This document shows positions 37,156 through 44,602 of a stretch of DNA of 64,000 bases, piece after piece. Position 1 is the first letter of the stretch. Every line of letters starts with the position of its first letter. The position numbers and the translations under genes are program-made. The stretch covers positions 1,216,001 to 1,280,000 of the forward strand of contig OZ253449.1 of the NCBI GenBank assembly GCA_965261345.1. The letters run 5' to 3'. The notes below the pieces were generated by a model that worked only from the letters and a program-made list of their open reading frames with translations, searched no databases and was not told the DNA's origin. Origin of the DNA: Chloroflexota bacterium. Lineage in GTDB: Bacteria > Chloroflexota > UBA11872 > VXNJ01.

Positions 37156-38541
37156 CTAGAAGGCAATGGAACCAGACTCCCCGTAGCCGAACACGCCGTG
37201 CTCGTGGATGTCGAGACCGTCGAGTTCTTCCACCGGCTCGGCACGCAGACCGATCGTGTGCTTGATTGCCAGGAACAGAATCGTGCAGGTTGCCCCGACC
37301 CAGACGACCGTGGCGGCCGATCCGAGCGCCTGAACGCCCAGCGCGCCAATGTCGCCGTTTATGAACAGCGAGCCCGCGGGACCGCCGAACTTGGGATCGG
37401 CAAAGAGCCCGACCGCCACGGTGCCCCAGATTCCGACCAGCCCGTGGACGGCGATCGCGCCGACTGGGTCGTCGACCCTGAGGACCTTGTCGATGAAGGT
37501 GACGCCGTAGACGACCAGTGCGCCGCCGACTAGACCGATGACCACCGCGGCCCAGGTGTCGACGAAACCGCAGGGAGCGGTTATCGCCACCAGGCCGGCA
37601 AGTGCGCCGTTACCGATCATGCCCACGTCGGGCTTGCCGCTGACCAGCCAGGAAACGCCCATCGCGGCGATTGCTCCGGCGGCCGCGGCCAGGTTGGTGA
37701 CCACGATCACACTGGCAAAGTCCTGTCCCACCGCCGAAAGGGTGGAACCGCCGTTGAAGCCGAACCAGCCGAACCAGAGGATGATCACACCGGCGATCGC
37801 CAGCGGAATCGAGTGGCCAGGAATCACGTGCGAGGTGCCGTCATCGGAGTACTTGCCAATGCGCGGTCCCAGAATGGCGGCGCCGACCAGGGCGGCCACG
37901 CCGCCGGTGGTGTGAACCACCGAAGAACCGGCAAAGTCGTAGAAGCCGAGCTCGGCCAGCCAGCCGCCGCCCCAGACCCAGTGACCGACCACCGGGTAGA
38001 TGAACCCGGTCAGGACGACCGCGTAGACCAGATAGGCGCGGAAGTGAGTGCGTTCGGCCATCGCTCCGGAGACGATGGTGGCGGCGGTTGCGGCAAAGAC
38101 CACCTGGAAGAACCAGTCGGTCGAGAACTGCGCGTCGCCTACATCGATTAGGAAAGCCGAGGTGCCGATTATTCCACCGGCGCTCTCACCGTACATGAAA
38201 GCCCAGCCGACCGCCCAGTAGGAGATCAGGCCGACCGACATGTTCATCAGGTTCTTAGCGCAGATGTTGGCGGCGTTCTTGGTGCGCGTAAATCCGGTCT
38301 CAACCAGGGTGAATCCGGCGTGCATGAAAAACACTAGAGCCCCGGCGACCACGATCCAGAGCTGGTCGACGGTGGCGGTTATCGCCACGATGTCGCCAGC
38401 CTCATCGGCCATGACCAGCGAGGGCAGCACCAGTGCGGCCAGAATCGCTCCGGCCAGCACAAACAGGTACCGGACCGAGAACAGGTAGCTGACCGGCGGG
38501 CGCAGGGCGACCGCCCGGGCAGTGGAAACCATAGTGCTCAT
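37156..38541 (-). CDS. amtB: Ammonium transporter
   Basis: Motifs LVFFMHAGF, FQ..FAATAATIVSGA.AER, DFAGSSVVH, LWFGWFGFNGGS and DDPVGAIAVHG (twin His intact). Confidence 0.97.
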   Translation of the reverse strand: MSTMVSTARAVALRPPVSYLFSVRYLFVLAGAILAALVLPSLVMADEAGDIVAITATVDQLWIVVAGALVFFMHAGFTLVETGFTRTKNAANICAKNLMNMSVGLISYWAVGWAFMYGESAGGIIGTSAFLIDVGDAQFSTDWFFQVVFAATAATIVSGAMAERTHFRAYLVYAVVLTGFIYPVVGHWVWGGGWLAELGFYDFAGSSVVHTTGGVAALVGAAILGPRIGKYSDDGTSHVIPGHSIPLAIAGVIILWFGWFGFNGGSTLSAVGQDFASVIVVTNLAAAAGAIAAMGVSWLVSGKPDVGMIGNGALAGLVAITAPCGFVDTWAAVVIGLVGGALVVYGVTFIDKVLRVDDPVGAIAVHGLVGIWGTVAVGLFADPKFGGPAGSLFINGDIGALGVQALGSAATVVWVGATCTILFLAIKHTIGLRAEPVEELDGLDIHEHGVFGYGESGSIAF

Positions 38542-38876
38542 ATTGCGTCCCGCCCGCGCTGCTGGGTTCGGATCCGAACCACGTCCTCGATCGGCAGGAC
38601 AAAAATCTTGCCGTCGCCGACCTCGCCGGTGTAGGCGTGCTCGCAGATCAGCGCTATCAGCTGGTCTACGTTTTCGTCGCCTAGGACGATTTCGAGCTTG
38701 ATCTTGGGCCGGAAGATGATGGACGCCCGTACCCCGCGGTAGGTTTCGGTGTAACCGCGCTGGGAACCGGCGCCGCGGACTTCGCTTACGCTCAGGCCGT
38801 GGAATCCGGCCTTGTCGAGCGCGTCACGAAGCGGCTCAAGCACCTCGTGGCGAATTACGGCCTCTACTTTTTTCAT
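38538..38876 (-). CDS. glnK: P-II nitrogen regulatory protein
   Basis: 112 aa with MKKVEAVIR, G.G.Q.G, YRG, PK.K.EI, TG..GDGKIF and RIRT; coupled to amtB; RBS GAGGAG. Confidence 0.95.
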   Translation of the reverse strand: MKKVEAVIRHEVLEPLRDALDKAGFHGLSVSEVRGAGSQRGYTETYRGVRASIIFRPKIKLEIVLGDENVDQLIALICEHAYTGEVGDGKIFVLPIEDVVRIRTQQRGRDAI

Positions 38877-39357
38877 GTGTCTCCTCTCAAAGGTGACGTG
38901 TTACAAAGGTCCCCGCGCGCAGCTTGGCAATGGCGGTCGGGGGAGAGATTCCGGCCGACCGGATACAGCTAATCTGCGGTTGCGATTGGGGCGTAGAGCA
39001 GTAAAATCCCTCTCGCTCTGATCGCGGGATTGGCGGCACTGACTTGGCCTTTGGACCGTTACCGACGGTCCTTCCCCGGAAAACCGGGCCCGGGTCGTCT
39101 TGACCCTATCTACACCTACGCAATGTGCAGGCGGCGGCGATTCCAGATCATTGAAGGATTGGACACGCGACGGCATCGTCGGTCCGCGCCCGGTCGCCAC
39201 CGAGGTTTTGGATGACCAAATGTTAACAACATTGGGCTGTGTTCGGGGCGGCGGTCCGCTATTCCCGGCGGCGGCCGCTTTGTGGCCGAAAATCTAGGAC
39301 CGCCTACGTTTTTGTAAAAAAACCAAATCCATACCAAAAAGCCATTGAACTACCGCC

Positions 39358-39711
39358 ATGCACTGCCCTGACTGCGACCACGAGAACACCAGCGGCGCCT
39401 GGCTTTGCATCAACTGCGGAGCCAAGCTGCCGCGCGAAGGCGCGACCGAACAGGAACAGGACGCCGGCGAAGAGGGCCAGCCCGACGAGCCGAGCCGCTT
39501 TGAGCCGGCAATATCTGAGAATCTGCGTCGCCTGCGCGAACGGGCACAGCGCCCGGCGCGGTCCGGTTCCGGGCCGTCACAAAGGCGATCGGGGCAGATG
39601 AAGATGCCGGAGGTCTCGTCCGGGACGGTGCTGGGATTCCCGCTTTCCTTCTGGCTGGTTGCCATTTTCATATTCGTGGTGACCGCGATGGTGCTCTCCA
39701 ACCTCAACTAG
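39358..39711 (+). CDS. Zinc-ribbon protein with a C-terminal TM helix
   Basis: CPDC...N...A..C.NCG..L, then an acidic/Arg linker and a hydrophobic C-terminus. Confidence 0.8.
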   Translation: MHCPDCDHENTSGAWLCINCGAKLPREGATEQEQDAGEEGQPDEPSRFEPAISENLRRLRERAQRPARSGSGPSQRRSGQMKMPEVSSGTVLGFPLSFWLVAIFIFVVTAMVLSNLN

Positions 39712-39896
39712 CGGTTGCTTGGCGGCCGGCCGGCGTTGGCCGTTCTTGCATAATTTGGCGGCAATTTGTAAAAATTGGTAACCTGAGCGCTAAAGTGTTG
39801 CCCGGCCTCGCTGCTACCGAGCCGCTCGACAACGACTGTCGCGAGACTTGAACGTTCTAACTGACCCTGGTTGTTTAGAAGAAAGATAGTCATTCC

Positions 39897-41327
39897 ATGA
39901 GCGACCGTTCCGAGCAAATCCAAAAGGTAATGCGGATGGCCCGCGACGCGGACTGCCAGTTCGTGGATTTGCGATTTACCGACCTGCCCGGGACCTGGCA
40001 GCACTTCTCGATCCCGATCGCATATCTGGATGAGGACCTTTTCGTAAATGGATCGGGATTCGACGGCTCCAGCATCCGTGGATTCCAGGCAATCAATGAA
40101 TCCGACATGCTGGTTATCCCCGACCCTTCGACCGCGTTCGTGGACCCGATCCTGGCCGCCCCGACCCTTGTGATGGTCTGTGACATCGAGGACCCGCTTA
40201 CCCGTCAGCGCTACTCGCGCGATCCCCGCAACATCGCCAACAAGGCCGTCGCCCACTTGGCTTCAACCGGGATTGCCGATTCCAGCTTCTGGGGGCCGGA
40301 AGCTGAATTCTTCATCTTTGACCACGTCAGTTACGACGAATCGGCCAACGGAAGCTTCTTTACGATCGACTCCGACGAGGGTATCTGGAATGCTGGCCGC
40401 CCGGAGACCAACCTGGGCCATCGCCCCCGCCACAAAGAGGGCTATTTCCCGACCCCGCCGGCGGACTCGCAGCAGGACATCCGCTCGGAGATGGTCTCGG
40501 CGATGATCGAAATCGGAATCGATGTGGAGCTTCATCACCACGAGGTGGCAACCGCCGGCCAGGCCGAGATTGACCTGCGCTACGCTCCGTTGGTGGAGCA
40601 GGCCGACAAGTTGATGGCCTACAAGTACATCGTCAAAAACATTGCCAAGATCAACGGCCACACCGCCACGTTCATGCCTAAACCGGTGCTCGGCGACAAC
40701 GGTTCGGGTATGCACTGCCACCAGAGCCTGTGGAAGGATGGCGAGCCGCTCTTCTACGGCGGGGAGGGCAACTACGGGTTGCTCTCGGAGACCGCCCGCT
40801 GGTATGTCGGTGGCCTGCTCAAGCACGCCGACTCGCTGCTGGCGTTCTGCGCCCCGACCACCAATTCCTACAAGCGGCTGGTGCCCGGCTTCGAGGCCCC
40901 GGTAAACCTGGTCTACTCCCAGCGCAACCGCTCGGCCTGCGTACGCATTCCGACCTACTCGCCCGCACCGGCGGCCCGGCGAATCGAGTTCCGCTCGCCT
41001 GATCCAACCGCCAACCCGTACCTGGCCTTTTCGGCGATGCTGATGGCCGGGCTTGACGGAATCGTCAACCAGATAGAGCCGCCCGACCCGGTCGACGAGG
41101 ACATCTACGAGCTTCCGGCCGAACGCCTGGCCGCGATCGCCTCGGTGCCGGGATCGCTCGAGGAGGCCCTAAACGCCCTGGAAGCCGATCATGAATATCT
41201 GTTCGCCGGCGACGTGTTCACCCCGGACGTGATCGCGACCTGGCTCGAGTACAAACGCGACGGTGAGGTCAGTGAGCAGCGCCTGCGACCGACCCCGTGG
41301 GAGTTCTTCAAGTACTACGACGCCTAG
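39897..41327 (+). CDS. glnA: Glutamine synthetase type I
   Basis: Motifs DLRFTD, FDGSSI.G, HHHEVAT, TFMPKP..GDNGSGMH and RIEFR.PD; adenylylation-site Tyr retained (DIYEL). Confidence 0.98.
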   Translation: MSDRSEQIQKVMRMARDADCQFVDLRFTDLPGTWQHFSIPIAYLDEDLFVNGSGFDGSSIRGFQAINESDMLVIPDPSTAFVDPILAAPTLVMVCDIEDPLTRQRYSRDPRNIANKAVAHLASTGIADSSFWGPEAEFFIFDHVSYDESANGSFFTIDSDEGIWNAGRPETNLGHRPRHKEGYFPTPPADSQQDIRSEMVSAMIEIGIDVELHHHEVATAGQAEIDLRYAPLVEQADKLMAYKYIVKNIAKINGHTATFMPKPVLGDNGSGMHCHQSLWKDGEPLFYGGEGNYGLLSETARWYVGGLLKHADSLLAFCAPTTNSYKRLVPGFEAPVNLVYSQRNRSACVRIPTYSPAPAARRIEFRSPDPTANPYLAFSAMLMAGLDGIVNQIEPPDPVDEDIYELPAERLAAIASVPGSLEEALNALEADHEYLFAGDVFTPDVIATWLEYKRDGEVSEQRLRPTPWEFFKYYDA

Positions 41328-41376
41328 GCGGTAGCCGCGCTAAATCGGTGGCCGACCGGCCGCCGACCAGGTGATT

Positions 41377-41410
41377 TAAGGCCCTCGGATCCTTAGATCC
41401 GAGGGCCTTA
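41377..41410. terminator. Perfect 15-bp hairpin between convergent glnA and the enolase-family gene
   Basis: TAAGGCCCTCGGATC-CTTA-GATCCGAGGGCCTTA; no long U tract. Confidence 0.6.
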
Positions 41411-41594
41411 GCCCTCGCAACTAGCCGGGAAGCGATCGGTACGTAGCCGATCCGGGTTTATTTGAAAAAACGCGCCGCCGGATCGGCGTTCGGGCGATGT
41501 GGTGTCGGCCCACCAACACTTCGGCGGTCGGGGCATTGCACCGCAGCGCGGCGATGCCCGGGGCCCGGATCCACTGGCATAGACAGAGAAATCG

Positions 41595-42773
41595 TCAGGC
41601 CAGTTTGACGTGGCCGGTTCGGTGGGCGTTTATCCACTCCCAGTCAATTTCCACCCCAATTCCCGGCCCTTCCGGAGCAAAGACATTGCCCTGGCTGTCG
41701 ATGCTGTCTAGGTCGTCGCTGTAATCGACATATATGGGGTGCAGCGGAGCCAATGGTCGCGCCACCTTTGGATGCACCAACCCGAGCTCGTAGTAGTTGG
41801 TGTTGCGGATCGAAGACATCAGGTGCCGGTGCACCGGCCCCGGGGAATGAATCTCCACGTCGATGCCGAATCCCTCGGCGGCGTGGGCGATCTTCATCAC
41901 GCCGGTGACCCCGCCGTCCTGGTAGGCGCCCGCCCGCATGTAGTCGGTCGCCTCGGCGAGCAGGAAATTCACGTGCTGTTCTAGCAGTCGGATGTGCTCG
42001 GTCTGCAGAATCGGGGTGCGGAGCATCTCGCGCAGCTTGCGATGCGCGTAGGTGGAGACGCCGCCATCCCGGTAGGGGTCCTCAATCCAGAAGAAGTTCG
42101 CCTCATCGCAGGCCCTCCCGACCGCCAGCGCCTGGGCGAAATTCTCGAGCTCGCAGGCCGGATCGAGCATCAGCGCCATGTTCTCGCCCACCGCTGCGCG
42201 CATGCCAAGCACGTTGTCGATCTCGCGCTGGATGTTCTGTCCCGCCAGGCCCCAGCCGTGGATCTTGAAGGCGGTATAACCCATGTCGCGGCACCGCACT
42301 GCAAATTCGGCGAACTGCTCCGGGGTGGTGAGCCCGCCGTTCTCATCACCGTGCAGGGTTGATGCGTAGGCGGGCAGCGGGCGCCGGGTCCCGCCGAGGA
42401 GGCGGTACAACGGTTCGCCGTACAGCTTGCCGGCGATGTCCCAGAGGCAGATGTCGATGACGCCGACACCGGTCATATCAAATTGCCGGAGGGCGCGCTT
42501 GCAGTCGTTGTAGATCTTCTCCCGCCCGGTGGCGTCCTTACCGATGAGGTACCCGGCGCAAATTGCCACCTGGGCCTGGGTCGGCCCCATAAAGACGGGG
42601 AACTCGCCGGTGATGCCGGCATCGGTGTGGATCTGGAGGATGGCTCCGGATTGCTTGAGCGTGCCGCCCGGTTCGTAGACGATGTTGAAGGTGTTGTAGT
42701 CCTTGCCGAGGTCGTTGTTGGTGAACTCATAGCTTGTGAGCTCAACCCCGGTAATGACTGGAACGCTGTTCAT
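41595..42773 (-). CDS. Mandelate racemase/muconate lactonizing enzyme (enolase superfamily), copy 1
   Basis: Motifs DICLWDIAGK..GEPLY.LLGG, AYAST and FKIH; metal ligands MLDP, IEDP and TEH; GG.TG..KIA..AE. Confidence 0.92.
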   Translation of the reverse strand: MNSVPVITGVELTSYEFTNNDLGKDYNTFNIVYEPGGTLKQSGAILQIHTDAGITGEFPVFMGPTQAQVAICAGYLIGKDATGREKIYNDCKRALRQFDMTGVGVIDICLWDIAGKLYGEPLYRLLGGTRRPLPAYASTLHGDENGGLTTPEQFAEFAVRCRDMGYTAFKIHGWGLAGQNIQREIDNVLGMRAAVGENMALMLDPACELENFAQALAVGRACDEANFFWIEDPYRDGGVSTYAHRKLREMLRTPILQTEHIRLLEQHVNFLLAEATDYMRAGAYQDGGVTGVMKIAHAAEGFGIDVEIHSPGPVHRHLMSSIRNTNYYELGLVHPKVARPLAPLHPIYVDYSDDLDSIDSQGNVFAPEGPGIGVEIDWEWINAHRTGHVKLA

Positions 42774-43012
42774 GGCCTGGTCCTGGTGGCTGATTAGGTG
42801 GTTTATGGTACGGCAGGGTTGGTGGCCCATCGGGCGATGGCGCCGGGGCGCAGCGGCCTATTTGAGGCGTGATCGAATTGGGCTGACCCAATATCGCCGA
42901 CCTTACCCGGGGCGCGCCGGCGCCAGCCGATAATTCCGGCGCCGACTTGACCCTTCAGGTGATCCTGCGGGCGATGTCAACGGGCCCGCCGACGGCGTTT
43001 GGGCCAATGCCC

Positions 43013-44188
43013 TCAGGCCAATTTGACGTGGCCGGTGCGGTGGGCGTTTAGCCATTCCCAGTCGAGCGGCACCCCGATACCTGGACCCTCCGGGGCAAAG
43101 ACGTTGCCGGCGTTGTCGATGGCGTCCAGATCGTCGCTGTAATCGCCGCAATACGGGTGCTGCGGGACCGACGATTCCGAGTATGGGTGTACCAGGCCAA
43201 GCTCATAGAAATTGGTGTTGCGAATCGAGGACATCAGGTGTCGGTGCACCGGTCCCGGGGCGTGAATCTCCACATCGATGCCGAAACCCTCGGCGGCGTG
43301 GGCGATCTTCATCACGCCGGTGACCCCGCCGTCCTGGTAGGCGCCCGCCCGCAGGTAATCGGTCCCCTTAGCGAGCAGGAAATTCACATGCTGTTCCAGC
43401 ATACGGATGTGTTCGGTTTGCAGGAGCGGGGTCTGGATCATCGCACGCAGCTTGCGATGCGCGTAGGTGGAGACTCCGCCGTCGCGGAACGGATCTTCGT
43501 ACCAGAAGAAGTTCGCCTCATCGCAGGCCCTCCCGACCGCCAACGCCTGGGCGAAATTCTCGAGCTCGCAGGCCGGGTCGAGCATCAGCGCCATCTTCTC
43601 GCCCACCGCCGCGCGCACGCCAAGCACGTTGTCGATCTCGCGCCGGATGTTTTGTCCCGCCAGGCCCCAGCCGTGGATCTTGAATCCGGGGTACCCCATG
43701 TCGCGGCACCGTACCGCAAAGTCTGCAAACTGCTGCGGGTCGCCCAGCCCGCCGTTCTCATCCCCGTGCAGGGTAGAGGCGTAGGCGGGCAGCGGGCGCC
43801 GGGTCCCGCCGAGGAGGCGGTACAACGGCTCGCCGTAGAGCTTGCCGGCGATGTCCCAGAGGCAGATGTCGATTGCGCTAAGCCCGGTCATATCGAATTG
43901 CCGGAGGGCGCGCTTGCAGTCGTTGTAGATCTTCTCCCGCCCGGTGGCGTTCTTGCCGATGAGGTACCCGGCGCAAATTGCCACCTGGGCCTGGGTCGGA
44001 CCCGCCGGGACCGGAAACTCCCCGGTTATGCCGGCATCGGTGTGGATCTGGAGGATGGCCCCGGATTGCTTGAGCTTGCCGCCCGGTTCGTAGACCAAGT
44101 TGAAGGTGTTGTAGTCGGTGCCAAGATCGTTCGAGGCAAATTCATAGCTTGTGAGCTCAACCCCGGAAATGACTGGGACGCTGTCCAT
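43013..44188 (-). CDS. Mandelate racemase/muconate lactonizing enzyme (enolase superfamily), copy 2
   Basis: Same motifs as copy 1; most of the protein and long DNA stretches are identical. Confidence 0.92.
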   Translation of the reverse strand: MDSVPVISGVELTSYEFASNDLGTDYNTFNLVYEPGGKLKQSGAILQIHTDAGITGEFPVPAGPTQAQVAICAGYLIGKNATGREKIYNDCKRALRQFDMTGLSAIDICLWDIAGKLYGEPLYRLLGGTRRPLPAYASTLHGDENGGLGDPQQFADFAVRCRDMGYPGFKIHGWGLAGQNIRREIDNVLGVRAAVGEKMALMLDPACELENFAQALAVGRACDEANFFWYEDPFRDGGVSTYAHRKLRAMIQTPLLQTEHIRMLEQHVNFLLAKGTDYLRAGAYQDGGVTGVMKIAHAAEGFGIDVEIHAPGPVHRHLMSSIRNTNFYELGLVHPYSESSVPQHPYCGDYSDDLDAIDNAGNVFAPEGPGIGVPLDWEWLNAHRTGHVKLA

Positions 44189-44341
44189 GGCCTGGTCCTT
44201 TTAAAGAACAGTGCGCGGCCTTGGCCGGTCTGCCGTAAAGATTGATTGGGCCGCCCGGACGCGAACCGCCGTAAGCACGCTTTCGCTCCCGGGGCCGTCC
44301 TAGAGCTTTCCAATTCCGCCCATTGTCCCCTGCCCGGGATT

Positions 44342-44517
44342 GGTTGCCCGCCGGCTAGGCCCGGCGCGACCCGGCCGGAGTTTTGACCAAATGCCGGTTT
44401 GAGCCAGGACCGGCCAGCGGTACCGCTTAAGCGATCAATTTGGCCGCCCGCCCGCGGTCAATTTATGGCTGAACTGGTTGTCTGAGTGGGATGGGTGTGG
44501 GCCGGGCGCGGGCGGCC
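44342..44517 (+). ncRNA. Candidate rod-shaped structured RNA (6S-like architecture)
   Basis: Nested helices found by eye: 44342-51/44508-17, 44359-65/44501-07, 44369-72/44493-96, a central bubble, 44393-406/44466-78 and 44411-16/44441-46. G-U pairs favour the + strand. Confidence 0.3.
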
Positions 44518-44602
44518 CGTTTTCTCGTGTGGGCTACGCCGGCCCCGGCGGCGGCCTCAACCTTCTCAGTCGAAATTGCCGATCGGGGATTCGGCGCGGC
44601 GG

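Larger units (their letters stand above)
41595..44199 (-). repeat. Tandem gene duplication (two ~1.18-kb near-identical copies, including the RBS)
   Basis: Both starts are preceded by AGGACCAGGCC-ATG; similarity ends just upstream of the RBS and at the stop codons. Confidence 0.9.

Noticed and set aside
39712-39896. Known glutamine (glnA) riboswitch or NtcA/TnrA box
   Set aside because: No match to those consensus sequences by eye; only a small hairpin (CGACA/TGTCG) and the shared motif reported separately.
44300-44316. CTAGAGCTTTCC resembling an IS/MITE terminus
   Set aside because: No matching inverted end or transposase remnant was found nearby.
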